From Raillietiella orientalis (Eukaryota): a stretch of 64,000 nt of DNA. The stretch lies in the NCBI GenBank assembly GCA_036172245.1, contig JAYWIR010000074.1:248001-312000 (forward strand). Direction: 5' to 3'. The position numbers and the translations under genes are program-made. This document shows, one piece after another, positions 1 to 11,290 of the stretch. The notes beneath the pieces are model-generated. The model did not search any database. It was not told where the DNA came from and saw nothing but the letters and a program-made list of their open reading frames with translations. Within the stretch, counting starts at the first letter, position 1, and each line of letters starts with the position of its first letter.

Positions 1-1771
1 GAGGAGAAATCCCGGTTTCTCCCGCTGCGAAAAAGGCAAAGGGGAAACAAGCGGGAGAGACGGATACCATTAAACAGGCCGTAAGGAGCCAGATGCCAGT
101 CCCTAAGCCATCCCAGCCAACGTCATTTAAAAGCACTCCCGACGACGCTGACGACAGCAAAGTCTGGCAGACGGTACAGCCCAGAAGAAAGCCCAGGAGT
201 CCCGAACGAAGCGCGGAAAAAACAAAAACGCAGCGCGAAAATCCGTGCCGCGAGAAAGTTCGCGATTGGTCGGTAAAATTAGAGCGTGCGGAGGCACTCC
301 ATGCCTCCATCAGGGGAGCAATCTGCCCACTTGCGTCCGCCGAAGCCGCGACGGTCGATGACGAATCTTCTGGGGAAACAGAGGGGGAACCGCGCGCCGC
401 GCTCGACGCGATCGAAGGGCCGCCTTCCAGCAGGCGGTGGAAGAACTCGAGGCAGAACTGCAAGGCCGTGAGAAGAACTTCCGAAAAGGCTGACGAAGGC
501 AGGCCGCGAGGAAGGTTCCGGTTGCAGGTGACGCCCAACCGGATGCCAGAATTGCGTCCTCATTAACATAGGCGCCACCAAACAAGACAAGACGCGAGTC
601 CCAGAATCCCAGAAGGCGGATAGGGATCAAGAAGGAGGAGCATCAACTGGCACCCGAGGGGGAAGCCGGCAACGTAAGAGCCGAGAGTGGGAATCTCATT
701 TCTCGACACCGTGCAGCTGGCGACCCCTATGAAGGAGGAAGTACAGGTGGGTGAAACTCCCCTTCCTCTGCACGGCCCAGACGAAGACTCGGTTCACATG
801 GAGAGGGGAGAAGCGGTGCGCGACGCACCCCCTTCCCCTAGCGTCCCGCCCGACAAGGTTGCGGGAGCCCTATTGCCACTTTCCCAGGATTAACACCTGG
901 ACTCGCCTGTCGCCGTAGGATCCGCATAGCCTGCTGGAACGTCAACGAACTGCGCGGCGACGGCAACAGGCGCGATACGGCCGACACCCTGCGCGACTCC
1001 GACCTGGCGCTTCTGTACGAGATTAACTAGATCACCGCGGAGAACGCCCTGGAGAAGGAGAGGATCGCAGAGGGTCGTCTGTTTTGGCAATGCGGCGCCC
1101 GTAACACCTTTGGCGTCGCCCTTTTTATGAAGCCAGCAGTCCCCGCCTTCGTCAAGGACGTACACTTCGACAAAGACAGCCGGGTTGGCCAGCTCATCCT
1201 TAGGTGGTCCGACTCCATCGACCTTGTCTTGACCAATGTGTACGCTCCGAGCGGCGGATGCGGGTACGGGTAACGTTCCAGGCTCCTCGAAACCCTGAAG
1301 CGCGACTGGCTTGCGGATACATACGTACGCAAAGTGCATCTGATCGGTGGGGATTTCAACATCCGCCTGCTCTCAGGCGTGCGTTGCGGGCTAAAAGACG
1401 CAGTCAACGAGCTGTGCGCTACTATGAGCACGCGCAACTTGTTGAGGGACATACCGGAAATGGTCCAAAGCGTAGACCACGTCTTCCTTGACGCCGACCT
1501 GTGCCCACGGGTCGGCAGACGAGGGAAACTTCTGCCGAGGCTATCGGACCACTTCCGTTTGATAATCGAGAGTATTCCACGCGACAAACGACCACCATCC
1601 AGGACGTGGCGTATGCCAGGGGACTGGGAGCGCATCTCCGGTGCGGTGGAATATCTCCGCCAGTTCCTGAGAGGCGTCATCCTCCGCAACCTCGAAGACT
1701 GGGACCGCATGAAGGTCTCGGTCCGCGATCTGCGAGGAGGTCCCTCTGCACCGCCTGCCCCGTGGATTTGG
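1..1771 (+). mobile_element. Copy A: non-LTR (L1/Tx1-like) fragment with ORF1 C-terminus, APE endonuclease and start of linker; degenerate
   Basis: ORF1 stop TAA at 891-893, then TPGLACRRRIRIACWNVN, NVYAPSGG, GGDFN, SVDHVF, LSDH. Breaks at (frameshifted) HRLPRGF. Internal stops present. Confidence 0.92.
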
Positions 1772-4700
1772 TGTTGCCACCCGGGTGCGCCCGGGGCGTT
1801 TATTGAAACTCTACAAAAACGTGGTACGAGGCCCCACTTAAGGCACCACAACACCGTACCTGCCGGGACGCCGAGATGCAGTCCGGCGTGACGCTCCTCG
1901 GCAGTGGAGGGGACTTTGGGAGGAAACAAAAAGAAATAAACTAAATATAAACAAAAGAAGTTTGGAGGGAGGAGTAGGGATCACTGTCCACTAGGATGAG
2001 GGCCCATGCTTCGCAGGATGCCATCTAGGTCCTTCTGCGTTTGTCCCAGATGGGGCCATCTCGCAGCTCTTCGCATGAAGCTCACAGCATACGGGATGAC
2101 TTCCCTCTCGTTGGCATCCACTCCTTCGTCGCAAATGTCGCTCCAGGCCGCCACGATGCCCCGGATGCAACAGAGGGCTGCGAGGGCTCAGGCGGGCTGC
2201 AGGGCGTCCCGTACGAAGAGGGGCCGAAGAACGTCTCTGGGCCCGCTGCCCATTGCGAGCCCGAGGGTCGTCTTGAACCGTTCCCACAGGGGTCGGATGG
2301 CAGCACAGTCGACTAGAAGGTGGGGGAGCGATTCTCGCTTCCCACACCTTTCACACTCAGGGCTTACACTTCCTCGCGTCCAGTGGAAGCGGTGCGCGTT
2401 GCAGGGTAAACTTCAGTGCAACAGCAGCAGTGCGGACTCTTGCCACTTTAGCGGGAGAAGCCTGGATCCGATACATACTAGGGGCCACTTCAGGTCATCC
2501 GTCGGGATGCCGAGAAGCTTGCCCCATCCAACAAGTCCACGCGGGAGGGCACTCGGGGTCGTAGCATCCGCCAGTTCTCCCATGGTCTAACCGCTCAGTT
2601 TCTTTTCCCTGCCTGAGATCCGGCAGGAGACGTGCCATTTCGGCGTCCGGCCGCTGGTTAGAGCCCTTCGTAGGAAGGGCAGCTTCGAAGCCAATGGGGT
2701 GGTCTCTGCCCACGTACTCCTGGCGGGACACTCTAGAGTGGTCCGTAGGGTGCAACAGGCGTTGGGGCCGCGTCGCAGGCGGTTCCATTCACGTCCAGTC
2801 TGGAGGTTCAGCTTGACCCACGTCCCAACGGATTCCTCCAGCCAAGCGGAGGAGTTGGCGGGGCTGCATACAGTCCAGCCGTTCACTCTCACCAGGGATT
2901 CCAGGCGCCCAAGGAGAATGCCGCATCTTCTGACCTTCCGACCGGGGAACAGAAGGAAAGAAGCGAGTCCTAGCGTCCTCCATACACGCCTGGCGAGGAT
3001 GCGTGCCGGGACGCACCAGGAGATGTTTCACGTCTTTGCAGGGATGGCTAGGGTGCGCCATCGCAGCTGTTTGTCCGTGCGCTCCAAAGTCAGGAGGCCA
3101 AGACCACCGTCCCGACGCGGAGCGCATATGTCCTTAAGAAGTGCACGAAATCTCCCACTGCCCCAGAGGGCGATGCGGAGAAGGTCTTTAGTCCTCTTCT
3201 TCAGGTCACGTTGGACGGGGCACACAAAGAGCTGGGGGTGGAGGATGGGAGTTGCGAACGCGTTGCACACCGCCGTCCGTTCCGGCAGAAGGAACTTGCC
3301 TTTCAGGAACGGACCGATTGCCAACTCTACCTGTTGCAGACGAGCTCACAAGGCTTCTGCAAGGCAGAATTCCCCCAACGGGACACTCAGGTACTTCAGG
3401 TACCTGACCGTAAAAATCCCCATGTGGATCCAGTCAGGCCGTCCATCCCACGTCGCACCCACCGGTACCACCGACCACTTCGCCTTGTTCAACTGCAGTC
3501 CAGTCCCACGGTTTAGCAGGTCAAAGAAATCCTCGACTGCGGCTGCCGAAGCGGGCATGGGCAACATCAGCAGAAGATCGTCGGTTCATGCTGCAGCGGT
3601 GAGCGTGCCGGGACAAGCGCTCGGTAAGGGGCCAAAGTCACCCTGTACTCTCTCAGCACCAAATCAAAGTAGGTGCCATAGAGCAGAGGACTGAGGCTAT
3701 CACCCTACTGTATGCCTTGCCGTACCGGCACGCCGTACACCTGTTGACACCAAAAACTGATGTTTACAATATCGTGGCTCCAGCACGAGCGCAGGTAGGA
3801 AATCAGGGAGGGTGGGAAGCCTATGCGAACCAGGAGCTCTCACAGTAGCTCCTGGTCCACGCAGTCGAACGCCTCATACAGATCGACCGCGATCGCTAGG
3901 GCCCCCTTTCCAGCCCGGTATCCGTTCTTAGCCCCGCTGGCGGTCCCAAATTAAGGCTGCTAATCTTGCTCCCTGAGTCGCTTGGGTACCGTTGCACATG
4001 GAACCATGTGCTCGCGAAAAACAGGTTGGTAACCATACTTCGCCCGGGAACAGAGTATGTCTGCTCCGGGCTAATTATAGAGTCTGCCACCTATCCTAGA
4101 CGCGGAGCCCACAGTCCAGCAATTAGCTTGGCGTCCATGTTCACGATTGTGACCAGACGCCCATTGCTCAGTGATCTCAGGTCTCCTTTCTTTGGAAGGA
4201 GTCTCACTTGGGCTGACCGAAACGAGGCGGGAACGTCGCCTTTGTTGCGAATCAGCTTGGTCAACTGCAGCACCAGGGGGACCAGCTGTGCAGAGAACCA
4301 TTGAAAAAACTCCGCGGGCAGGCCGTCCTCCCCTGTCGCCTTACGTCTCTTGAGCCTTTTAGTACCGGCGAGAATTTCACCGGTAGTGAAAGGCTCGTCG
4401 AGGCTCATCCTTTCGTCCTCCCCTATTGTCGAGGCTCCGTCCGGAAGCAGAAGACGCGAGGCATTTCTCTCTGGGGAGCTTTGAAGTAGAAGGAGGTATA
4501 AAACCGTCGCACGAGGTGCCTGATCGCGGGTGGGGCAGAGCGCTCCCGGGCCTGGTCGTCCAGCAGGCTAGCCGACCTTGATTGCTAGTCTTTACGCTTG
4601 GCCCCAGGTAAATATTCGGCCTGGCGACGGACATCAAGGGTCCTCTCATACCAGCGGACCTGTAAATAGGCCCTATGGTTGCAAGCCCCCTTTGCGAAAT

Positions 4701-4860
4701 CCGGGGGGCAGGCGGTGCAAGGGCAACTCCTCGCAGAACTTGCATATCGAGGCCTTGAAGAGGTCCCAGTCAGCAAGATTCCGGTGGGTGACACCTCTCA
4801 GGAATTGACAAATGTGTTCTTTCGCCACTGAGAATCGCGTTCACTCACCAGGCAGCCGTA
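1772..4860 (-). mobile_element. Copy B: 5'-truncated element (linker, RT, C-terminal zinc motif, 3' UTR), subfamily 1; degenerate
   Basis: Minus-strand GEDGLPAEFF, RLLPKKGDL, ISPEQTYSVPGRS, KYLSVPLG, RRDGGLGLL. CAGTGATCCC at the ORF2 end (~1975-1990). 3' AATAAA-hairpin at 1779-1804. Confidence 0.92.
1779..1804 (-). terminator. Conserved 3'-terminal AATAAA plus GC hairpin of the element (also at 6788-6812 +, 11262-11285 +, 16803-16826 +, 47229-47252 -, 50536-50560 -, 59270-59294 -)
   Basis: Approximate consensus AATAAA-CGCCCCGG-CGTGA-CCGGG-T at seven 3' ends. Confidence 0.8.
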
Positions 4861-6815
4861 TTCCTTTCCAGGTACTCCGGCCGTTTCAGCCTATTCCGAC
4901 GAACTGCTTCTCCTGTTGCCCATGTCCACCCCGGCAGGGTCGCTTGAAGATTTCTTTGAGTTGATCCATCGCGTTGCGGGCGTGAGCGTCATCATGAGCA
5001 AGTGCATGGTTGTTCCGGTTGGAGCGACGTGGGAGGGGCAGTCCGAATGGATCCGCCTGGGGATCCCCACGGGCAGGTACCTCAGGTACCTTGGCGTGCC
5101 GTTGAGCGACTTCTGCATCTCAGAAGCGTGGTCGGACTGCCTTCGGAAAGCAGAGCGTGCACTTGGCATGTTTTCAGGAGGCGAGTTCGTCTTGCCGGAA
5201 CGCGTCAGCATCCGGAACAACTTCGTTGACTTCCTCCTCCGCCTTGTTTTTTTGGTTATTCCACCTCCCCAGGATGTCAAAGTCTTGGCGCAGCGCCTTC
5301 TACGCAAGACGTTGTGGGGCGCTGCACGATCCCGCGTAAGACTTAAACACTTGGTGGCGCCGCGTCAGGATGCAGGCTTGGGCATCCTAGACTTAAAACC
5401 CATCGAGCTGCAGGTTCAGTTTCGAATGATGCGGCTCTTTTCCAAGCTGTGGTGTACGCCGTGGTGCTTACCCGCACGACTTATTCTAAGGCGCTGCACA
5501 AGAAGCGAGAAACTGCTTTCGTTGCTGCCTTACATTCGGCACACCAGAATAAGGTTTGGCCTCCCGCTGAGGCAGGTGTCCTCACTGCTGGAAGCCCAAT
5601 TTTGGAACTTCTGCCGCCCCATGAACATTAATGCACTGCGGTAGGATTTTTTTTCTCCGTGGGCAGCTTTCGAAGAAACGCCCCGGAAGTTCTTCGACGC
5701 CTGCGACTTTTCCTCAGTCATCCAAAGGACGAAGTCATGCAGGACAAAAGGATGTCGGATCGTTTGTCCTCCACACCAGTCGCCGCAGCGCTGTGTGCCC
5801 TCAGGGCAAGCAACGACAGTTGCCTACCGGCGGAATGGGAGTTCTCCTGCTCAATAGCGGGAGTCAGTAAGTTCCTCGGCTGCTGGACGACAAAGGAGCT
5901 GGTGGAAACTGCCACTCCTCGTAATCGGGCGAAGGGCCTGCTGTTCTGGAGTGAACATTCAAGTATACCCCCCGAAGAGATAGTGGTTTTCTCCGTTTGT
6001 CTGGACAACTCCGTGTTTTGCTCAAAATGGAAACAAGATGTGCTGCTCTTTCTACACTGGGGCTTCCACTGTAATCGGCAGCGATGCATCGTTTCCGAAG
6101 TAGCTGCTCTGCCATACTGTTTGAGGTGCGGAGAGATCGAGTCTTTTCCGCACCTCTAGCTGGACAGCGGTGACCTTTGTGAACTGTAACGAAGGCTGAT
6201 TTCAGCCAAGCTGTTGCAGGGAGGCACTGCCATTGATGTGATGCGGCGCTTCTTCAGGAGGAATGGATTTTCGGTAGGCGCGAATGTCGCAACCATGTGT
6301 TGCATTCGCGCCATCGTGAAGGCCCGCTACGCCCTGGAGGTGTCAGCGCAGCAAAGAAAGTATCACCGGTTTGCAGCAGAATTGATGCAAAAGGCTGTTA
6401 GGTGGCTTCATCTTCGTAACAAGGTCAAAAAGGACATCGACGGCATCCATCGCCGGTTTATAGACTTCTAGGAGCGGCTTAATCCGGTGATCACTTCGTC
6501 CTGGAGCTTACCCATATCCCTTCTCCGCTCGCTCTTCTAAACTGCAGGTGCGATTACTTTTATCCAAGTGCGAACCATAGCGATCCCAAAGTCCCTTGTC
6601 CCGGCGTCCACCATTGATTTCGTTTTCTCTTGTTTTTGTTTGTTTGTTTTCCCAGTTACCACAAACCGTTCTGTGTTATTCTGACCTGCGTGCTAGCAAT
6701 ATTCTCTTGATACTTGTGCCGAGTTCGGTTGGGGGGCATGGTCCCCAACTGGTTTATTTTATATATTTGTTTCTGTTGTTTTTATGAAATACACGCCCCG
6801 GCGTGACCGGGTGAG
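4861..6815 (+). mobile_element. Copy C: 5'-truncated element from the RT catalytic region to the 3' end, subfamily 2; degenerate
   Basis: Starts PGTPAVSAYSDELLL (YADD equivalent), then RYLGVPL, DAGLGIL, CLRCGEIESFPHL. 3' hairpin at 6788-6812. Confidence 0.92.
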
Positions 6816-8951
6816 AAATCTCCTGGGCGTTCTCCGCGGTGATCATGTGGATCTCCTGCAGGAGCGCCAGGTCGAAGTCACGCAGGGTGGCGGCCGTCTC
6901 CCGTCTGTTACATTCGTCGCGCAGCCCGTTGACATTCCAACAGTCCACGCGTAATCGACCGCGACAGGCGAGACCAGGTGTTATTCTTGGGAAACTGGCA
7001 ATGGGGTTCCGGTCACCTGGTCGGGCGGGACGGATAGAGGAATGGGGTCACCGTTCACCGGTTCTCTCTCCTCCATGGGGGCCGATTCCTCGGCGGACCG
7101 CAACGGTTGAAGGGGGCGGGTTTCACCCACCTGCTCCCCCTCTTCCATGGGGGCCGATTCGTCGACTGCGCTGGATGGCAGGGGAAAGCGGTTGTCAGCT
7201 GTCTGCTCCCCCTCCTCCATGGCTATCTGTTGAACAGGTCCCACCGTTGGAAGGGGGCGGCAATCACTCACCTTATCCCCCTCCTCCATGGGGGTCTCCA
7301 GTTGCTCGGTAGCGGAGGGTGGGAAAATGCCTTCCTCCGTTCCTACGCTACCGGCTTCCCCCTCGGCTGCCGGTGCGTTCCCCTCCTTCTTTGTCGGGAT
7401 GCACCTTTTCGGATTTTCGGACTTCCGTCTAGTTTTCTTCGTAAGCGCCTCCGCGGAGGAGGACTCACTTCCGGTATCCGGGTCGTGGTCACCTGTCAGG
7501 GGTGCCATGGTCACCTCCGGCGTTCTCAAGGCCATTCGCGCGCCGTTCTCACGGTCCGCGAATTCGGCCGCGAGCTCTTCCGCCGCCTGTTGGAAGGCGG
7601 CGTCCTCGATTGCGGCGAGCGCGTCGCTCGTCTCCCTTTCTTTTTGTGCAGAGGGTTCGCCTTCCGCGGTCGCAACTTCCTCGTCAACGAGACGGGAAAT
7701 ATCTCCCTCGGTGGCGGTTTCGGAGACATCCACAGGCTCAAATGCGACCAAACATTCGCGGAGTAAAGCGCGGCGTTATCTCCTATTGAATTGAGATGTC
7801 GTGGGTTTCGCTGTCGGGCCTTCGGTTTTTTTGACCTTTTTACTTATAGGCTTCGCCTTATGCCAGCCCTGGCTGTCTCCAGAGTCGTCGGGAGTATCCT
7901 CGACCGGCGCTTGCTGCACGGGTTCGGGAACTGGCTGTGAGTTCCGCCTCTCGGGTCCCTCCTTAGGCTTTTCCGTTCGCCCCGCGTGTTTCCCTCTGGC
8001 TTTTTTCAAGGCAGGGGGAGCCGGAGTTTCGCGTTTAGGACACACCTTCCGCAGGTGGCCCTTTCCGACGCAATGGAAGAACTGGATGTGAGGGCATCGT
8101 TATTTAAGGTGCCCTAGGGCATCGCAGTGTCCACAGTACTTGGGCTTTCCCACCTAGGAGACGTCGACGACCTCGTTGCCGACATCTAGTTTGTGAGGCA
8201 GCCTACCGTTTTCGCTGACGGTCACACGCGCTGCAGCTATGCCACCGAAGAGTCTTTCGTAACTTTGGAAGATTTTCGGCTTGGTCCATACCGCGTGTAA
8301 CGTACCGAATTTACTTAATTCCTCCTTCACGCCGCTTTTTGACATGCGGAGGGACACTTCCGTAAGATGCGCTACCAAAGAGCGATCCTTGGTAATCGAA
8401 AAGACCCTTCTGCCTTCCACCATAAGGGGGGTATTCAGCAGGCGCTGAGCCAAGCTTTCATCTTTGCAAGTTAGCTTCACCCGCTGACCCCCACTGAGCA
8501 CTGAAAGACATTCCAGGTTCTCCTCTTTCACATCTAGCCGCTGCAACTTCCTCTCAAAGTTGCGGGCAGTATTCCCCACAAACAAATTTACTACTTTCTA
8601 AATCAAGGACGGCTCTCATCCTTGTTTAAGGTAGGCGCGCTTTTCTGCTGCAGATGCAGGAGATCGCGCTGCAGCTATGGCGCTCCAGGACTTCGTCGTT
8701 GCCGAAGAAGGATCCCAGGACACGGTCTCCTCCTTTTTCAAGAAGGCAATTGCCCTCTCCTTTGTGGGGGCAGTTGCCCTCACCTCAATGGGTTGTGGAG
8801 AGGAACAATCCTCTCCCCCGCCGACTTCCATCGCGGTGTCTTCAAGAATTTCTGCCATTGGACACCGCAGATGCAACACACAAAAACACTAACGAAAAGG
8901 AACGCTTAACAACAGGCGCAGAGAAGCGCGGAAAAAACACGTCCACACGAT
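6816..8951 (-). mobile_element. Copy D: 5' arm (5' UTR, complete but disrupted ORF1, first ~45 codons of APE); probably the inverted 5' part of D+E
   Basis: GGACGTGT at 8937-8944 (minus strand). ORF1 pieces at 8616-8879, 8154-8585 and 6981-7751; knuckles CGHCDALGHLK and CFHCVGKGHLRKVC at ~8040-8140. Then WNVNGL...LLQEIH. Confidence 0.9.
7040..7300 (-). repeat. Degenerate coding tandem repeat (~23-26 aa units starting PMEEG) in the ORF1 C-terminus
   Basis: PMEEGDK, AMEEGEQ, PMEEGEQ, PMEEREP in ORF 6981-7751. Confidence 0.75.
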
Positions 8952-11290
8952 AAGTTGCTAGCCAAGATGTGGGCAGAGCGTCTGGGACGGGTTGCCAACA
9001 TCTTCGTCAACCCGCAACAGACATATGCTGTTCCCGGGCAAAGCAAGTAGGCGAACCTGTTCCACGCTTCCACATGGTTAGAGCTCCAACAAGGAAGGGG
9101 CTCATTGAGCAGCCGGAATTCCGGTGCGTCCGTTGGCGGGAGACAAGACGGTCGGGTGGGGAAGGGAGCCCTTGCGGTCGCTATCGACTTGCGTGAACCA
9201 TTCGACAGCGTCGACGAGAATCTTCTCCTGAAGATTCTGGAACGCTTGGGCTTCTTAGCCTCTTTGTTGGCCTACCTACGCTCTAGCAGGCGCGACGCGC
9301 TCATTAATTTGTTTTTCAGCGGGCAGACCGTGCACGGCGTAACGGTGCGACGCGGCATACAGCAGGGAGACAGCTTCAGCCCCCATGCTTTTTAGCACCT
9401 TTTCAAATTGGTGCGGAGAGCGTACAGGGAGACCCTGGCGCACCTGTCGCGCGATTGTCCTGGTACGCCCGCGGTTTCAGCGTATGCGAACGACCTTCTG
9501 CTGCTGCTCCCTATGTCCATCATGGCTTCGGCGGTCGAGGAGTTCTTCGACATGCTGAGTCGGGGAACAGGACTGAGGGTGATCAGAGCGAAGTCGTCCG
9601 TCATGCCAGTCGAAACGGCGTGAAGAGGGCACCAGGACTTGGTCCGTTTGGGGATCCCCAAGATGAGGTACTTCAAGTACCTTGTTGTGCGTTCAGGGGA
9701 TTATTCCCCTGCGGAAGCGGGGTCCGGCTGCCTTCAGAAGGCTCAGGCGGCGATCGGCCCGTTGCAGGACGGCAGGTTCTTCCTCCAGGAACGGGCTGCG
9801 TCGTAAAACGCGCTCGCTGCTCCTCTCCTCCGCCCACTGCTTTTTGTTGGCCCCCACCCAGCGAAGATCAAGAAAAGGACGAAGGACCTTCTTAGGATCG
9901 CCGTTTGGAACAGAGGGAGGCCCGTGTCCGTCTCGTAGACTTGTGCGCTCTGCGTGGCGACGGCGGACTTAACCTCCTTACGCTGGAGAGGTTGGAGCTT
10001 CAGCTCCAGTTCCGCAGTGTTGCCTTTATGGCGAAGAATTGATGCACCGCCTGGTGCCTCCCTGCACGTCTCCTGGTCGAGCGAGACACCGGCAATGCGG
10101 GACTCTCATCTTACTTTGCACTCCCAATCCCCATCTGCAACTGCGGACTTCAGCTTCGGAGGGCGGCTATGCTCGTGAAGACCAACTAGGCGCGGATGCT
10201 CGTACGCCCCGCGAACTGTCCTTCCTGGTTGCAGGAAACCGTCCGCACTTGGGCGATGACTCAGGAGAAGAGCCCGCAACACGAGCGAATAGCTCTGTTT
10301 GGGTTGCACGCCCACCGCACGCTTTGAGAAATCGTCGAAGATCCCCGTAGGAGAGCGTGGGCACAAAGAACCTCCCTTGCTGCGGTACTGCCTACCCTGG
10401 GGGAACATCTAGGCAGCCACACCGCGGTGGAATAGAAGGTTACTTTCAAGATCGCTGACCGGGTACAGAAGATCGGGTATTAGAGAAAAGTCCAGCTGAC
10501 CAACGCTGCGACACCGAGGACCACCCCACACGGACTCCTGCGCTGGGGCGTGCTACTGGATGTTCCGGAGGAACATCTTGAGTGGCCCCCGGTGCTCATG
10601 GACTCGCACACCTTTCTATGAAGTGGCAACTTTCAGCACTCCTGCTGTTGCATTGAGGCCTCCCCTGCAGCGCCCGCCGAAACCACTGGACGCGGGAGGG
10701 TGTCTACCCCTATTGTGTCAGGTGCGGGGAGAGGGAATACCTCCTCCACCTGTTAGTGGATTGTGTTCCCCTTCGTCGCTTGTGGGAACGCTTTGCCGCG
10801 GCCCTTGGTATCCCCGGAGGTAACCCCAGAGACGCTTTGCGTCCCTTCTTCGTTCGTAACGCCCTGCCACCGGCGGCGTCGCTTGCCGTTCTGTGCTTCC
10901 TACGCGGGATCGTCGTGGTATGCAGCAAAACGATGGGAGGATCCAGCGACATGGATTCCACCGTGTACGCGGCCCGCTTCCTAAGGATGGCTACGGGATG
11001 GCCCATCTGAAATCTACTATTCAGCAACAGCTTGCCAACATCCTCCAGAGAATGTCGGTCCCCCGCAGCAGACAGTGATCCCTTCTTGCTCCCTCCCCAG
11101 TTTTGAATATTGCTTTGTTTTCTTTTTGTTTCGTTCTTCCTCCCCTCTGCTGCCGAGTTTGCCCGCTCCGGTGTAAGCACCTGTATCCCGGCAGGCTAAG
11201 AGATTCTAGGGAGTAACTCGACTACTGGTCCAGTCCCATTTCATAGATGTTTGTTCGAAAGAATAAACTTCACGGCGAACCGGGTTTCAA
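8952..11290 (+). mobile_element. Copy E: 3' part (RT to 3' end), subfamily 1; degenerate
   Basis: Starts KLLAKMWAERLGRVA, then RRGIQQGDSFSP, AYANDLL, CVRCGEREYLLHLLVDC. CAGTGATCCC at ~11073. 3' motif at 11262-11285. Confidence 0.92.

Noticed and set aside
1027..3694. Long ORFs such as 1027-1929 (-) and 2699-3694 (+); also 11647-12510 (+), 60618-61613 (-) and 60958-61803 (-)
   Set aside because: They are antisense shadows of GC-rich LINE coding sequence with no independent motifs.
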